From NCBI GenBank assembly GCA_025603075.1, contig MU626277.1, positions 65,680 through 129,679 on the forward strand: a stretch of DNA of 64,000 nucleotides. Direction: 5' to 3'. The position numbers and the translations under genes are program-made. Below the pieces are notes generated by a model that worked only from the letters and a program-made list of their open reading frames with translations, was not told the origin of the DNA and ran no database searches. Source of the stretch: Neoconidiobolus thromboides FSU 785. Lineage: Eukaryota; Fungi; Entomophthoromycota. Shown here piece after piece: positions 26,060 through 40,523 of the stretch; positions within the stretch are counted from its first letter, which is position 1, and each line of letters opens with the position of its first letter.

Positions 26060-26439
26060 ATTTTATAAATCTTTGAATAATAACTAGCTGTAGCATTTTA
26101 ATTAAAAATATTTATTTTGTAATTATAATTACAATAGTTAGCCTTTTTTATTTATAATATATTTATAACATATGATTATAAAAATTAGGTAAAACTGCAT
26201 ATTTCATTCTAATTTGATAAAGTAAACCCTTCTTGAAGACATTTATCGATCAATGATAAGTTAATTATATTTATATATCAATTATTATATATATTAATAA
26301 ATTATATATTTGACAATAACATGCATTAATTTAAATAATTCTCAAAAATTATTTACCATTCAATAAACGACACATTTAATCCAATAAAAAAATGAACAAC
26401 TAAACAAAAAATAAAAGCCACCTATTTCTTTTATAAAAA

Positions 26440-27975
26440 ATGGATGATTTTCCGCATTTAGCAGAGGCAAGGATATCAAATGAAAATGCAGCAGTAACTG
26501 AAGAATTAATTGAAAAAGTTAAAGATAAAGTAGTTGAAACCACAAAAGAGATATTACCCCATAAAGAGAGCGATGAGACTAATGAAACTCTAACTCAAGA
26601 GGGAGAAATTGGAGAAGATCATTTTCAAGTGAAAAAGTTACCTGAAATTTCAAAAAATATAACTCAACCTTTAGAATCTTTATTTGAAGCTTTTAAAAAG
26701 AAGGTAAATAACTTTAATCTATCCTATACTTTTGATTTATAAAAACACATTTAGGGCGAAGAAGTACAAGAATATTATAAAGATGACGTAAATGAATTGG
26801 TCACTAATTTAAAAAAAGATGCCAATTTTTCAATGGATTCTTTGAATACTGGCATCAATAAATTATCTTTAGGATTTAGCAATACCTTTGGGCAGAAGCC
26901 TAAAGAAGAAACTAGAGGAACTGAGGAAACTACAACGTCTACTCAAACTAGTTCAAACTCTTTTTTTTCTTCATTTACTTCATTTGCTAAAAGTTCAGGC
27001 TTAAGTAATTACACTGAAAAATTAAAGCTACCTACTGGGGTTACTGAATACGCAGAAAAGATATCTAAAAGTACCGGAATTGGTGAATATGCTGAAAAAT
27101 TAACTGAAAATGTTAGTACCTTTTTAAAACAAGCGGTAGTTATTGAAGCCCCAGATGAAATTAGAGATCAAGAAACGAAAATGATGTAATGAAATTTGAT
27201 TTAATTGTAATTATAATAATATTGGTCTCATTTAGATTTGATAGAAAGTTTGCTAAATTAATAAAACTTCAATCAAGTTCTACTACATATATTGAAGATC
27301 CAAGTACATCAGATAAAAAAGAAGCATTCGAAGCCTTTATAAATGGATTTGATTTTAATAATCTCCAAGAGCAAAATAAAGAACTATTAAAAGAAAATTC
27401 AGAAATGTTACGAATTTTTGAAAGAATAGGTAATTTTTTTAATAAGATAAAATAATTGATTTTAACTTTTTATTTAGTTCCGACTTCTATTGATGAAGAA
27501 ACGTTTTGGAAAAGATATTATTTTAATGTACATATGTTAGAACAAGAAGAAATTGAAAGGAAGAAATTGATAAGAGGTAAGTTAATCATTATATGACTTA
27601 GTATTGTTTACTAATTTGTTAGATACCATTGACAATAATGATGTTGAGCTTTATAATTGGGATGAAAGTGACGGTGAAGATGAGAAAAAAGATGAAAAAG
27701 ATGAAAAAGTAAAAGAGGAGACTCCAGAAATAAGTAAAAAAAGCGAAGATGAACTTAAAGAAACAAACGAAATAAGCAATGAGAAACCTACGATTAAACC
27801 AGTAAAACAAGATGAAAGTTACGAGTTAATTGATGAATCTGGAAAGAATACACCAATTGAAACAACTAAAGCTATTGAAAGACCAGATGATAAGGTAAGT
27901 TCAACTCTGTTGATTATAAAATGTTAATTAGTAAATTTATAGAGTGATGATGATGACTGGGGAACTTGGGAATAA
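26440..27975 (+). CDS. BSD-domain protein (DOS2-like); multi-exon
   Basis: Spliced VPTSIDEETFWKRYYFNVHMLEQEEIERKKL (BSD motif) and acidic C-terminus ending DDDDWGTWE*. Confidence 0.8.
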
Positions 27976-28387
27976 ACGAAAGCATTTTTATTATAATTTA
28001 TATGGCATTTAATTCTATTTAGAAGAATAAAGAAATTATTTTAAATAAAATTAAAGTTTAATAAATATTATCCTCTGTTTTAAATTCTAGTTAAATAAAT
28101 TAGTTATTTTAAGTTTATTATAATTAAACTCATAGTTAATATTATCTTTACTATTTCATATGTTAAATTTTAAAAAAATGACATATACTAATTTGTTAAA
28201 CTTGATTATTGTCATTGAAATAGAACATTTTAAATTCTAAAAACATATAAAAGGTAATTTATAGTGGCACATTTTCTAACCAATGAAACAAATTAAATGT
28301 GTCAAATATTGATGGGTCAATTTTAAACAAAACAATAGACTTACAAATCTTTACAGTTTTTTAAACTTTTCATTTGTATTAAAAAAA

Positions 28388-30744
28388 ATGTTAGATTTAT
28401 TTACTATATTTACCAAAGGAGGCATTGTATTATTTACCGCTAATTTACGATCGGTTCGATTATCTTCTGTAGATGAATTAATTAGTCAAATCTTTGTAGA
28501 ATCAAGACATGGGGAAAATTCCGCTTTACTTAATAATCAAAAGTTTCATTGGACTTTTGAAAATGAATTAGACTTAGTATTTGTGGTAAATTAGATATTA
28601 ATTTAGTTTTGAAAAAGACTATAATTTTATTTTAGGTAGCTTATCAAAAAATATTACAGCTATCTTATATTGATGAACTTTTAAATGTATTAAAAGAATT
28701 ATTTTGTTCACAATATAAAGAAGACATTAAAAATTATTTTGATCAAAATAATTTATTGAGAGATGAAGAAAATCAAATTCCTTTTCCAACTTTTGATTTT
28801 GATACCAAGTTCAATTCAACTGTAAAAGGAATAGAAAAACGACATGCTCAACAAGTAATTTAATTTAACTTACTGTTAATTATTTATTAAATATTATTAA
28901 AGGCAAAAAATAAAACACCGAGAAAATTTGAAGAGACTAAAAAATATCAATCCACTTTAGAAGCATCTAAAAAAGCAGCTGGTAATTAAGCTTTATATTT
29001 TAAGAATGAATTAATTTAATAAAATAAAATAGGTCAAGATAACGAAAAAGAAGAGCTTGGAATGAGTACACCAGAATCGATTTCACCCATTTTAAAACCT
29101 ATGGGATTTAAACCTAAATCAAAAAAGAAGGGATTGAAAAATGATAAAGATGAGAATGTTTCAACAGAGTAAATTAAAATTATTTTAAACTATTATAATT
29201 ATTTATTATTAGTAGTACTGAAGGCGATAAAAAGAAAAGAGAAAAGAGAGTATGGGCTGGACAGATGAGTAAAGCCAAGATGAAATCTTTAGATTATTCA
29301 GAAGCTCAAGATACCTCTGATTCCGAAATCATTAACTCATTAGTAATTTATTTGTTTTTATAACGCTTAATTAATATTAATTAAATTCCAGGTTGATGAT
29401 AATGAAAAAGGGGAATATAATGAAGATGGAACGTATGATGTAAAAGATATTGATGGAGCAGAAGAAGAAGATTATGAATACATTGAACAATTTACAAAAC
29501 CTAAAGTAGAAACAGAATCAAGATTAATGTCCATTTTTAATAGTTTAACTGGACAACATATAATTAATGAAGATGAATTAATACCAGTTTTAGCGAACAT
29601 GAAAGAACATTTAGTACAAAAAAATGTAGCTGAAGAAATTGCTTCTCATTTATGTGAAAGTGTTAAAAGTGATATTGTTGGTAAAAAATTAGGTGGATTT
29701 CAAAGTAGGTTTATTGTATTATTTTAAATAATTATTGAATAAAATAAAATAAAATAAAATAATTTTATTAGGTTTAGCAAAAGCAGTATCCGATTCTTTA
29801 CGTGAATCTATTACTCAAATATTAACACCTGGGACTTCAATGGATATTATTAAAGAAATTAATAATGCGAATACAGTCCAAAAACGGCCATATGTAATGT
29901 CATTTATTGGTGTCAATGGGGTAGGTAAATCAACGAATTTATCCAAAACATGTTTTTGGTTATTACAAAATCGAAAAAAAGTATTAGTAGCAGCATGTGA
30001 TACATTTCGTTCAGGGGCTGTAGAACAATTAGGCGTTCATGTTAAGAATTTATTAAAATTAAATCAAAATGGTTCGGTTCAACTTTACGAAAGAGGGTAT
30101 GGTAAAGATTCAGCTTCAATTGCTAAAGATGCTATTGCTTTTGGTAAGTAAATAATAATAATTTATTTATATTTATGTTGATTTTTTTATTTTTATTTTT
30201 ATTTTTATTTTTATTTTTTAGGTGCTTCTAATGGATTTGATGTTGTACTAATTGATACAGCTGGTAGAATGCAAAATAATGAATCTTTAATGAAAGCTTT
30301 AGCAAGGGTAATATTATATTTATTTTTATATTATATATAATTAACTTTATATATATATATATTAGTTAGTAGCAGTGAATCAACCGGATAAAGTAATATT
30401 TGTAGGAGAAGCATTAGTAGGAAATGAAGCTGTAGATCAATTATCAAAATTTAATCAAGCATTAGAAGATTTTTCAGGTAGTGCTCAACCACGTAAAATT
30501 GATGGTATTATTTTAACCAAATTTGATACTATTGATGATAAGGTAAATAATAATAATAATAATAAAATATTTTAAAATAATAATAATAAATATTAATAAC
30601 TAATAATTATTTTAGGTTGGAGCAGCTTTATCAATGACATTTACTTCTAGGGCGCCAATATTATTTGTTGGTACAGGACAAACATATACTGATCTTAAAA
30701 AAATGAATGTAGACCATGTTGTAAATGCATTGTTAAAGAAATAG
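28388..30744 (+). CDS. SRP101: Signal recognition particle receptor alpha subunit; multi-exon
   Basis: [16 protein letters not shown] (SRX/longin), [15 protein letters not shown] (P-loop), [18 protein letters not shown] and [10 protein letters not shown]. Confidence 0.95.
30180..30221 (+). repeat. (TTTTTA)n intronic microsatellite in SRP101. Other (AAT)n tracts occur near 30547-30610, 33552-33590 and 36780-36830.
   Basis: Read directly from the sequence. Confidence 0.8.
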
Positions 30745-30911
30745 TTAAAAAATACATATCAAGTTTCTATTGTTTTATCTAATAAAAATATATTTGTTTT
30801 TTCAAATTATATAAAAAAAGGAAATAAATATTATAAAATTATTATTTTATTTTCTATTTATTTTATAATTAAGTAGATGAGTTACTATTTCAATAATATA
30901 ATTCTTATAAT

Positions 30912-32910
30912 TTACTTTGCCCATTCATTTAAATATTCTAATACTTCTAAAGGATCCATATTTGCTGGTTTAACAGTTGGTATAACTTTTAAATTTTTAT
31001 TATTATTTTTAGATACTTTAGCTATATGTTTAACAAATGATCTTAACTCTTCAAAAGAAGAATGTTCTGAATAAGGTAAACCATAAATAGTTACTTTATC
31101 ACAAATTGAACTAGGTTTTAAATTATTTAAATCTATTTTTGATGGCGGATTATCTTGATTTGCATATTTATTTGAAAAGGTCCACCCTGTTGGCTTAATT
31201 CCTAATATGGAATTTAAATTGGGATTTATTAATTTAATTTGTTCAAAATATTCTTTTAATGATTTAGCATTAATTTGATTCATTGGAAGTATATGAACTT
31301 TAGCTTCAGTGGGATCTAAAGTTAATATATTATTTAAATTAATATCCATAAAATTCATTAATATTTGAAATTTAGCTTGTGTAACATAAACTTTAGTTTT
31401 CAATTGTTTAGCAATATTTAAAAAGATTCTTTCTTTACCAATAGAATAAGATCCAACTGCTATTATTCTTCCAATATTTTTCTTTGGTTTTGAAGTAGAA
31501 GAAAAGTAATTGAATATTGAATTTTTTAATTTATCTGTAGTAGAAGATAAACTAATAAATTCATTAGCTAATATAATGGATTTATCAATTACTTGTTTTT
31601 GAGATGGAAAGGAATAACTTGGATTACAATAAGTAGTATCGAGATAAAGATAATCTAAAGGAATTTTAGATAAAATTGAGTTTTCATTTAAATGTATATC
31701 TTTATGCACTCGAAAATCTCCACAATGTAAAATACGTGTAAACTTATTGGGATTTGAATGATCAATATTATCATCATAAGGTACTTCAAATAAAAATAAA
31801 ACAGAACCTGGACAACTAATAGAATATATATTATTAATATTAATATATATATTAGATAAAAGCTTACTGATTAGCATCAATTAAAATTACTCGAACATTA
31901 TCAATAATATATAATGTATTTAATTCCAATGGTTTAATATACTCCATGTTCACTCCAATTTTAGAATTTAATAAATTAGCTGTAATTTTACTACAAAAGA
32001 TCCAAGCATGTGAAAATGTTTTTCCAATACCACCATAGTGATCCGAATGAAAATGCGATAAAAAATAAGCTTGACATAAAGGTATAGCACCTACATTAAA
32101 TGCATCTAAACTAAATGTTGTTCCAGGTATTTTTTTACTATCTGGTAAAGGCCTTTTAATTTTTGATTTGGCATTGTGAAAAATATCAGGTGTAGTATAA
32201 TATATTGGTTGAGTAGGGTTATGTATTAGAGAACCAAGTGTGATTAATAATTCTTGATCATTTAAATCATTTGTTAATTTTATATTGTTATGTGAAGTTA
32301 TTATAGACTCATTAGATGAAGTTATTATAATTTTCTTTTCTTCTTTTATTACTTTTATTTGAACATTATTATCTATCTTCACTTTATTCTGAGATATTGG
32401 TTTTAAATTATCATCTTCTATCTTAATCTTTTTTAAATTGAGTTTTGAATCCATCTCATTCTTTCTAATCAATTCTTTTTTAAAGTTAATTTCACTCTTT
32501 AGACTCGATGTCTTCTTTGTACTAATAACATTAAAATTAGATTGATTTAAACAATTATTAATATGAGATTCTCGAAATTCTATTGAATTAATAAATTCAA
32601 ATTTTAAATTACAAATTGGACAATGAGTTGTCATTTCTTTAATTTTTGTTGTTTTTGAACTAAAATAGCTACTTTTTGTTTCTATTTTTAATTTACCATG
32701 TTTATTGAGTATGACATTTCCACTTGTAGATTTAGAAATGGATGGAAATGAAGATAATGTTAAATTTGAATTAGATTGTTTCAATGATATATTTGAAAAT
32801 TCATCATCACTATTATCAGATATTATAATTACCTCTGACGTCGAATTAATGTCTTTATTACATTTACTCTCATCTTTAACAACAGTATCTTCATTTTGTT
32901 TATTGATCAT
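30912..32910 (-). CDS. PSO2: DNA crosslink repair nuclease SNM1/PSO2 (DCLRE1A); one intron near 31810-31865
   Basis: FLSHFHSDHYGG, DANH/CPGS across the intron, LHCGDFR, LYLDTTY and PYSEHSSFEEL, plus an N-terminal CPIC..HINNC zinc finger. Confidence 0.93.
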
Positions 32911-33299
32911 AATTTATTTGAAATAGAATTTTGAGAAAGATCGATTAGAATTAAGCTTGACTATAATTGGTAAATTAATGTGAACTTTTATGCATTAACT
33001 AAGCATAAAAATCAAAAAAATTTAGCCCAAAACCAAAGATTTTGACTAATTATTCTATTGAATTTCAATATTGAAGATAATTTTATTATATGAATTATTT
33101 TTTTTACTAATTATTGATAAATTTATAGTTGATTGTATTTGTTATTCTTAATCTTTTACTTTAATATTCTATGTAGATTTCAATTGAAATAAAAGCAAAC
33201 TTTTGTAGTAAAATTTTATTTATTTATTACGTAATTCAACTTTAAATATAAAAACCAAAATTCATTTTCATTATCTCTTTTTTAATAAAAAAAGTATTA

Positions 33300-35828
33300 A
33301 TGTTATTAGCAACTACTATAATAACAAAATTCGTTTATTATACATTTATAAGTCTATTAATTTATCGTGGATATACAGTATATTTAGAATCTCAAGGACC
33401 ACTTTATAGAGACAATAAAGAAAATGAAGTAAATAATAATGATATTACAATTCAAGTTAAACCAAAAGTAACTCAAACTTCTAATGAAAATGTATTTTGG
33501 TTTGTACAAGTAAATAATATTATTGAAATATAGAAATTTAGTTCAATAACAATGATAATAATAATAATAATAATAATTATTATTATTAAATAGGTTACCG
33601 ATATCCATATCTCTGTTTATAATGATGAAGCATTATCTAATTTTCATTTGTTTTTAAGTGGTATATTACCTATTATTAACCCAGAATTAGTATTAGCTAC
33701 AGGTGATATTGTCGATGGTAAATCTAAAGATAAAAGAAAATCAAAACAATTTGAAAAAGAATGGAAATTATATAATTCTGCATTAAAAGTAAGTAAATAA
33801 TATAGTAACAGTAATAATGTAATAATAATGTAATAATTAATTAATTTTTTATTCATTTTAGTCAGCAGGAATATTAAATAAAGCAAATTATTGGTTTGAT
33901 GTTCGTGGTAATCATGATTGTTTTAATGTACCTGAATGGGAACATGAAAATAACTACTTTTTAAATTATAGCAGTTTAAAGAAACCTAGTTTTAATTATG
34001 TATTAAATAAAAATTACGGCAAATATCAATTTATTTCAATGGATGGTTGGTAAGTTTATTCTATTTTAATAATAATTATAATAATAATGATAGTAATAAT
34101 TAATATATATTAATATGTTTTTTAATTAATTTTTATTTTTAGTCCTAAATATTCTACATCAAGACATTTTAATTTTTTTAGTTATATTGATCGTAAAAAA
34201 ATGGATTTATTAGAATCTAATTTAAAGGAGGTGAAAGACATTAATCATTCTTTTTTAATTAGTCATTATCCAATTACAACAACATTATTTTCAAAATCAA
34301 GTAGTAATCAATCATTTAATCAATTATCTTCAAAATCTTCTTTATATTTATGTGGTCATTTACATGAATTAATTTATGGTAAATTTATTATATACAATAT
34401 ATATTATATATTATATGTATTATTATTATACTAATATTTAATATTTAATTAGGTATTGGTATTGATTTAAAACATCATCATGATAATGGCTTACTAGAAC
34501 TAGAATTAGCTGATTTAGTAGAACATAAAAGTTATCGAATTATTTCAATAGACAATGATATTATTAATTTTATTGATAAAAAAATGGATATTAATCAAAA
34601 TCATCAATTAAATATTGAAGAAAATGAAAAAGGAGACATAGTAACTAAATTACCAACAAATATTTATAGTAAGCCTATTATATTGATTACTAATATTAAA
34701 GACAATAAATTTATTTTAAATCAACATGATAATTTAAAATTAATGAAAGAAATAGAAACTATTCGATTTCTAATATTTAACTCAACTGAAATCAAACATA
34801 TTAAAATAACGATTGATAATGAGTTATTAACAAATCAAATTCAATTTGTTAAAAACAATTTATATGAAATCCAATTTAATAATCAACTGTATTCAAAAAA
34901 TACTCATCAATTAAGTATTCAAGTTCAAGATAGTAATGATTTTATTGGATGGCATAATTTAACATTCAATTTAGACAAATTAAATGAACCTACAGAAATC
35001 AATAGTTATGGTAATAAAATAATACAAAGTAATATGGAATATATTATTAAAAATATATTTATTATATTATATACAATTGTACTTTCAACTTTATTATTAA
35101 TGGATTTAATAGTTTATAATAATAATAATAATAATAATAATTTATTACACTATTTTATATATAGAAATAAGTATATGTACCAATTATTATTATTTTATTG
35201 TTTATATATAATCAATTTTCCAATTTATTATGGTAATTTGGAATCAAGTTATGGTAATCCTGGAGTATACATTAAAAATCAAGCAAAATATAATCATCAT
35301 ATTTATATTTATGGTTTGTATTTTCCAAATGAAAATAGTGATAATGAACGTTGGCAACCAATATTAGATACCTTTAATATGGGTAATTTTCAATTATTAT
35401 TTATTGGATTTTATATTATCTATGCTTTATACAAGATTCTTTTTATAATTGAGAAGAGTAAAGAGGAAAAGAAAGAAAAAGAAAAAGAAAAAGAAAAAGA
35501 AAAAGAGAAAGAGAAAGAGAAAGGGAAAGAGAAAGAGAAAGAGAAAGAGAAAGAGAAAGAGAGAAAAGAAAAAGAAAAAGAAGAAAAACAAGAGAAAGAA
35601 GAGAAAGAAGAGAAAGAAGAAAAAAAGAAAACAAATAACTCGTTCTATAAGATTCTTAGAGGGTTATTAAAGAGTGTTGGTGAAATTGTATTTTCTGGAT
35701 TTATTCCTATTGTTTTACTTACTTATGTTTATTCAGTATTATCATTGGGATATTATTATCAAATTTATTCTATTATCAATTTAAGTTTTATGATATTAAC
35801 AATAATTAATGTATTGATGTTATATTAA
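33300..35828 (+). CDS. TMEM62-like calcineurin-family metallophosphoesterase with C-terminal TM segments; multi-exon
   Basis: WFVQVTDIH, LATGDIVD, DVRGNHD, ISHYP and LCGHLH metallophosphoesterase motifs. Confidence 0.85.
35460..35628 (+). repeat. In-frame (GAAAAA/GAGAAA)n polypurine microsatellite encoding a Glu-Lys tract
   Basis: About 165 nt of A/G with a single C, translated as (EK)n inside ORF 34584-35828. Confidence 0.9.
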
Positions 35829-35971
35829 TTTTGATGGAATAATAAGAATAAATTTAACTTTTAGTTTATTTGATTTTATTTTTAATGCATTTCTATTTTG
35901 ATTAAAAGTGACTCTAAAATTTGATGATCAAAGTATTTTTTTCATTTTTTATTATTTTTTAAAATAGTTGA

Positions 35972-37526
35972 ATGTTTCGATTACGTCCAAGTCGAAGAGA
36001 GAAATTAATATATAATAATACAACTATTGAAAAATTAAATAGATTAAAACTTAATGAAGAAGAAGAAAATAAAAATGAATTTTCAATAGAATTAAGTAAT
36101 CTCAATTAACAATAAGATTTAACAAAAAAATTAAAACATTTCTCTTTTAATTTATATTTGAAGATGATGTCCCCTTATCTTCTACTAATTTTTGTATCCG
36201 ATCAGATAAAATCAAAAATATACTAACTGGATTAGATTGGTCTATAGCTACTTCTGAATTTAAAGGGTCTGCATTTTCAAATGATCCTCAATTTAAAAAA
36301 TATGAAAAATTAAGTTTTATTATATTAAGTAAGTTAATTTTATTTGATTTTATTTCTATTATTAAAATAAATTAATAATAATAAATTCTTTAGTTGAAGT
36401 AATTGATATAATTAAAAAACAAATGATATTAGATTATGAAATGTTATTATATAAAATTAATATTGAAAAAGAAAAAGTGAGAAAAAGAAATGTTAATTTA
36501 AAAGAGATTAAAGAAGAAGTATATACTGAAGTTATGATTAGGTAAATAGAATTATTTTATTTTTATTAATAAATAGCCTTATTAATATGTATTTTGGGTA
36601 GTAAAAATGCACTAAATAATAGTAAAAAATTAGTTGTATTTATTAATAATTTTGATCAAAAGTAAGTATTTGTAAATAGATCTATATATATTAAATATTA
36701 ATAATAATAATATATTAATAGTTCGTTTATTTGGTCAAAAAGAATAATATTTAATACTTCTATTAAAGTAATAATAATTAAGAATCATTAATCATTAATA
36801 ATAATAATATTAATAATAATAATATTAATAATAATCTATTTTATTTAGGAAGGAACAATGCTAAGTTATGTTGATTATTTTCAATCTTTAGGATATGATA
36901 TAATTTTAGCTAACCCAAATCAAAATTTATTTTATAATGGAAAGCCAATTTATGATAATCAAAATAATAATAAATTCAATACTTTAATTATACCTAATCA
37001 TGATACTTATGAAAATCATATTATTACTTTATTTAAAGATATTATATTGTATGTATTAATAATATTAATAATATTAAATATAAATATATTAAATATTAAC
37101 TAATAACTAATTATTTTATTTTAGTCCTTCAAACCCAAATCAATTATATATTATAGGACATGGAGATGCTAGTAATGGGATTATTGAATTAATTAATCAA
37201 TATCCAATAGAAAGTATAAATTATATAAAAGCTATAGCATTAATTGATAGTACTCATTCTATTTATTCTATTAATGAAGAAAATCAATTATGGTTTGCTG
37301 GTAATGTATTTCATTGGTTAAAATTAGGTGAAAATATCACAGAAGAATCCATAAATAAATTAACTTCTCGTTTTGGTTGTAATTGTTTTTCAGCTGGTAA
37401 GTTGAAATTAATATTTTAAACTTATATGTATTTATTTATATTTGTTTTCTTTTAGGCAATTATCTCAATGAAGAAAGTATCCCTCAATTAAAATATGAGA
37501 TTTCCAGTTTCTTTGAATCTCATTAA
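35972..37526 (+). CDS. Arb2-domain / FAM172 (ARB2A)-like alpha/beta-hydrolase-fold protein; multi-exon
   Basis: GTMLSYVDYFQSLGYDIILANPNQN, LYIIGHG, AIALIDSTHS and RFGCNCFSAG. Internal exon boundaries are approximate. Confidence 0.6.
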
Positions 37527-37790
37527 GCTATTAAATATATAAGTAAAAGTTAATAATTTGCAAATAAATAAAAAGTATATTTTAAAAAAAAAGAGATTCT
37601 TATTTTATACTATATAATTTTAATCAATTCAACATGATTCCATTATTATTTCAAAAGAGGGAAGTGATTACAAAAAAAGAAAATAGCTAATAAAGATTCT
37701 ATAAAAAAAAGCTTATAATAAAGAAGAAGAGTCTTGGTGGTAGATAAAATTAACATAATTTAACATTCAATCAACTCAATATGATTTCGA

Positions 37791-38475
37791 TTAATCTTCC
37801 ATTTCATTAACCTTATTTTCTTGATTTCTAACTTTATCCAAAGATTGTTGAATAGTTTCTTTTTCAAATGGTAACATATTAAGATGATGTTGTACTTCTT
37901 TAATAGCTGTTTGTTTCTCTCTTTCTTTATTACCTTGCATACTATATATATAATATTAATAAATAAAATAAAATTTAATATTAAATAATTAAATTACCGA
38001 TTCTTGAAATAATTACGCTCTCTTTTGGCACGAATTTCAGTAACCCTTTTAATAACATTGATTGTATTACTCATTAAATTACGATCATATCGTACAGGAA
38101 TATTACGTCTCTTTTCAAATTCAAAAGTGGAATCCTATAAAATAGAACTGTTAAATAATCTGTTTATAAAATAAATTAATAAATTTGAATTACAATAACC
38201 ATTTCTTTTCCAGCACTTTTTCTAAATGCCTTTGTCCATCTAACTTTACGTGGATTACGCTTCATTTTAAAGTTTTTATGACATTTGGAACGACAGAATC
38301 GAAAAGTCTATTATTAAATTTTAAAAAATAATCTTTAGTAAATATTCAATTATTACTATTTTAAATTAATAATTGATTATAAAATTCAACTTACTTTACT
38401 ATCATTTCTAACAAACATAACACCATGACCTGGATAACAACTTGAGGAACAAAAATAACACTTTTCAATTCTCAT
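37791..38475 (-). CDS. RLP24: Ribosome biogenesis protein Rlp24 (RSL24D1); multi-exon
   Basis: [56 protein letters not shown] and [14 protein letters not shown]. Confidence 0.93.
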
Positions 38476-38558
38476 CTTTTTAAAATGGACTTTTTATTAA
38501 AAAGAAAGTAGTTATTTTCAATTAATTTCAAATAATGTACTTTTTGTTCCTTCATTTC

Positions 38559-38563
38559 ATTGG
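38559..38563 (-). promoter_or_regulatory. CCAAT box in the 211-bp RLP24/EIF3D divergent promoter
   Basis: CATTGGCT. The same (A/G)CCAAT context occurs at 5764, 15196, 15581, 23833, 28280, 51218 and 54431, upstream of other housekeeping genes. Confidence 0.4.
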
Positions 38564-38686
38564 CTATTTTTCATTGAATTTCAATTCCATTTTCTCATGG
38601 AATATGGGATTTTTAAGCTGACAATTTCAAGTAAAAAAATTAATTAGAATTTTAAAAAAAATTTTACTTTAAAAAAAAAGAAAAAT

Positions 38687-40523
38687 ATGACTTCCAACGG
38701 TGCTAAACCTAGTTTTCAATTACCTATTGTAGAAGATAATGAATTATCTTGGGGACCAAATATGAGCCATTTAGATAAAAATTTTAATCAAATACCATAT
38801 GCTCCATTTTCTAAAAGTGATCGTATTGGTAAGTTTGCTGATTGGTCTAATGAAGCTAATAATCGTCAATTGGATAATAATCGTAAACAAGGTAGAAAAG
38901 GTAAAATTTAAAATAGTTTAATAATATAGAATTTTATGTGATATTTATCTATTTTCTTTTTTTATTTAATATAGAACAAGCTTATGGTGCTAGTGGTGAA
39001 AATCCATTTGCTTTCCATAATATTGACGACGCTTCTTTCTCTTTAGTAGATTCTAAAACTATTCAGAAAAAAACTACTTTAACTAAAGGGGTAATAATAA
39101 CTAAGTTGTTTAATTTGATTCTATTTATTAATATTAATGATAGAATACAAGAACCAATACTCAAAAAACAAATGTACGTAATACTGGTAATCAAAAGGGT
39201 AATACTAATACCAAACATAATGCTAATAATAAGCAAAATAATAATCGTTATGGTTATAATAATTATGATCGTGTAAGTTTTAAATTGATTTAAATTGATT
39301 TATAAAATTTATTTAAATTTAAATTTTAGCGTACTAAAGATGCTTCTGTACGTATTCAACCTGAATGGACTGTTGTTGAAGATATTGAACTTAATCGTAT
39401 TGCCAAATTAAGTCATAACGTAATTGATCCAGTTGATTTATCTATTCATGGACAATTATATCATTATAATAAGAAATTTGATAAACCAACTACTAATGAT
39501 AGTTTATTAAAAACAAATAATGAAGAACTTAAATATAGTTTATCAACTAGTGAAGATCCAATTTTACAAGAATATGCTAAAACAGAAGATGCCACTGTAT
39601 TTATTACTGATACTATATTAGCTTTATTAATGTGTTCACCAAGATCAGTACAACCTTGGGATATTTTAGTTAATCGTATTGGTGATAAATTATTCTTTGA
39701 TAAACGTAAAGGTGGTCCAATTGATTCTATTACAGTCAATGAAAATGCATCTGATCCACCATCTGAAGTTCAAAATGGTACTGAAAAGGAAAATTTAAAT
39801 TCACCAGCTTCCTTATCTCAAGAAGCATTACAAATTAATCAAGCTTTCTTAAATCAAGTATTAGATTCTAGTAAATTAAAAACATTTGAAAAACCAAATC
39901 CATTTTATGATAGTAATATCAATACTACTGAAGTTGGTTCAGCTGCCTATCGTTATCGTCGATTTGAATTAGATACTGAAATTGGTTTAATTGTACGTAC
40001 TGAAGTAGATGGTGTACAAAAAGGTAGTGATGGTACTGATAAATATTTATTAGTAAGAGCCTTAAATGAATTTGATTCTAAAGCACAAGGGTCAGGAGGT
40101 GCTTTAGATTGGAGAAGTAAATTAGATAGTCAACGAGGAGCAGTTGTAGCCACCGAAATGAAGAATAACAATTGTAAATTAACTCGATGGGCAGTACAAG
40201 CTATATTAGCTAATGCTAATTTACTTAAATTGGGATGGGTATCACGTATTAATCCAAAAGACAATCGTCGTCATCAAATATTAACTACAATGCAATATCG
40301 ACCAAATGATTTTGTTTCTCAAATGAATTTCCAATTTTCTTCTGGTTGGGGTATTGTTTATGCTATTGTTCGTCTCTGTCTTACTCTTGAAGAAGGTAAA
40401 TATATCCTCGTTAAGGACCCTATTAAGCCTATTGTTAAATTGTATTCTATTCCGGAAGATACTGAATCAAATGATCTTGATGCTCCTGAAATGAAAATTG
40501 AAGGTGAAGATAAAAATGTTTAA
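38687..40523 (+). CDS. EIF3D: Translation initiation factor 3 subunit D; multi-exon
   Basis: PYAPFSKSDRIGKFADW, RSVQPWDILVNRIGDKLFFDKR and DSQRGAVVATEMKNNNCKLTRW. Confidence 0.95.

Noticed and set aside
35443-35670. ORFs 35443-35634 (-, poly-LS/LF) and 35449-35670 (+, poly-K/R)
   Set aside because: Alternative-frame shadows of the EK microsatellite inside TMEM62.
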